From: Harriotta raleighana
Taxonomy: Eukaryota
NCBI GenBank assembly: GCA_050575255.1
Contig: JBNZDD010013721.1
Span: 4,438,546 to 4,502,545 of the forward strand
Direction of reading: 5' to 3'
Length of the DNA stretch: 64,000 nucleotides
A program made the position numbers and the translations under genes. This document shows positions 63,393 through 64,000 of this stretch, one piece after another (position 1 is the stretch's first letter; each line of letters begins with the position of its first letter). The notes beneath the pieces are model-generated. The model was not told the DNA's origin. It saw nothing but the letters and a program-made list of their open reading frames with translations, and searched no databases.

Positions 63393-64000
63393 TGTCAGTC
63401 AATTCACTTTACCGTATATTCTGTGAAGTGCTTTGAGATGTCCCAATGACATGATAGGGCACCACAGTATATCAAATGCAAGGATTGTCATAAGGATTAT
63501 AAAAGATTCACTCCCTAATTTTGTGCCATTAGCAAGCAGAAATTGTTCCCCTTTTACCAGAATCCAGATCATTAAAATAATAGCAAAGTACCCTTTCACA
63601 TGTCATTGATACCAACATGAAACATGACTTCTGGCTCTTATCCCTCCCTCTCCAAAACCTTCTGCATCATCTTTGTTATGTCTATGATCCAGGCACCTGA
63701 TAGGTAAGATACTATTCTGTTTGTCGAGGTCTTGTCCTTGTCACAGGTATTCGGTGCCAGGCCTTACATCTTTGCATTTTGTGTAGCGCCTTTCATTGCA
63801 GGGGGAAATCTCAAAGCCCTTCAAGGGATATATTATACTGTTTATGAGCTCTGAGATGCTATCCTGCATGAAGGGAGTTATATAACGAAAAACAACAACG
63901 ACTTACGGCCTCGATAAAGCGGCCTCCATGCCGGGCGATTGTCTCAGAGTGTTTAAAACGTATTTTAAGTCTATTGCTCATAAATCCAATCAGATACAAC

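Overview
Vertebrate genomic DNA. The repeat content (tRNA/Deu-type SINEs, L2 and CR1 LINE remnants, a shark-type Penelope-like relic) suggests a cartilaginous fish, possibly a chimaera; this is inference. The only host protein-coding sequence I can support is coding exon 1 of PMEPA1/TMEPAI on the minus strand (45124..45013), which the ORF track misses. Its CpG-rich promoter and 5' UTR lie at about 45125-45640. Everything left of 45013 appears to be a first intron longer than 45 kb, since I found no exon 2; the right 18 kb is upstream intergenic DNA. The listed ORFs look like chance ORFs or LINE fragments. The window also holds a Tigger/pogo-like MITE family (TA target sites) and several assembly artefacts, notably a 2116-bp exact duplication around a 10-N gap. 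I found no novel multi-gene system. The most interesting signals are regulatory or structural: a 43-bp promoter repeat pairing a TALE decamer with a CCAAT box, a strong-Kozak uORF, dense SMAD-element clusters, a SoxE-type palindrome, a hammerhead relic with a G5A core change, and a 17-bp perfect hairpin. Repeat boundaries are approximate.
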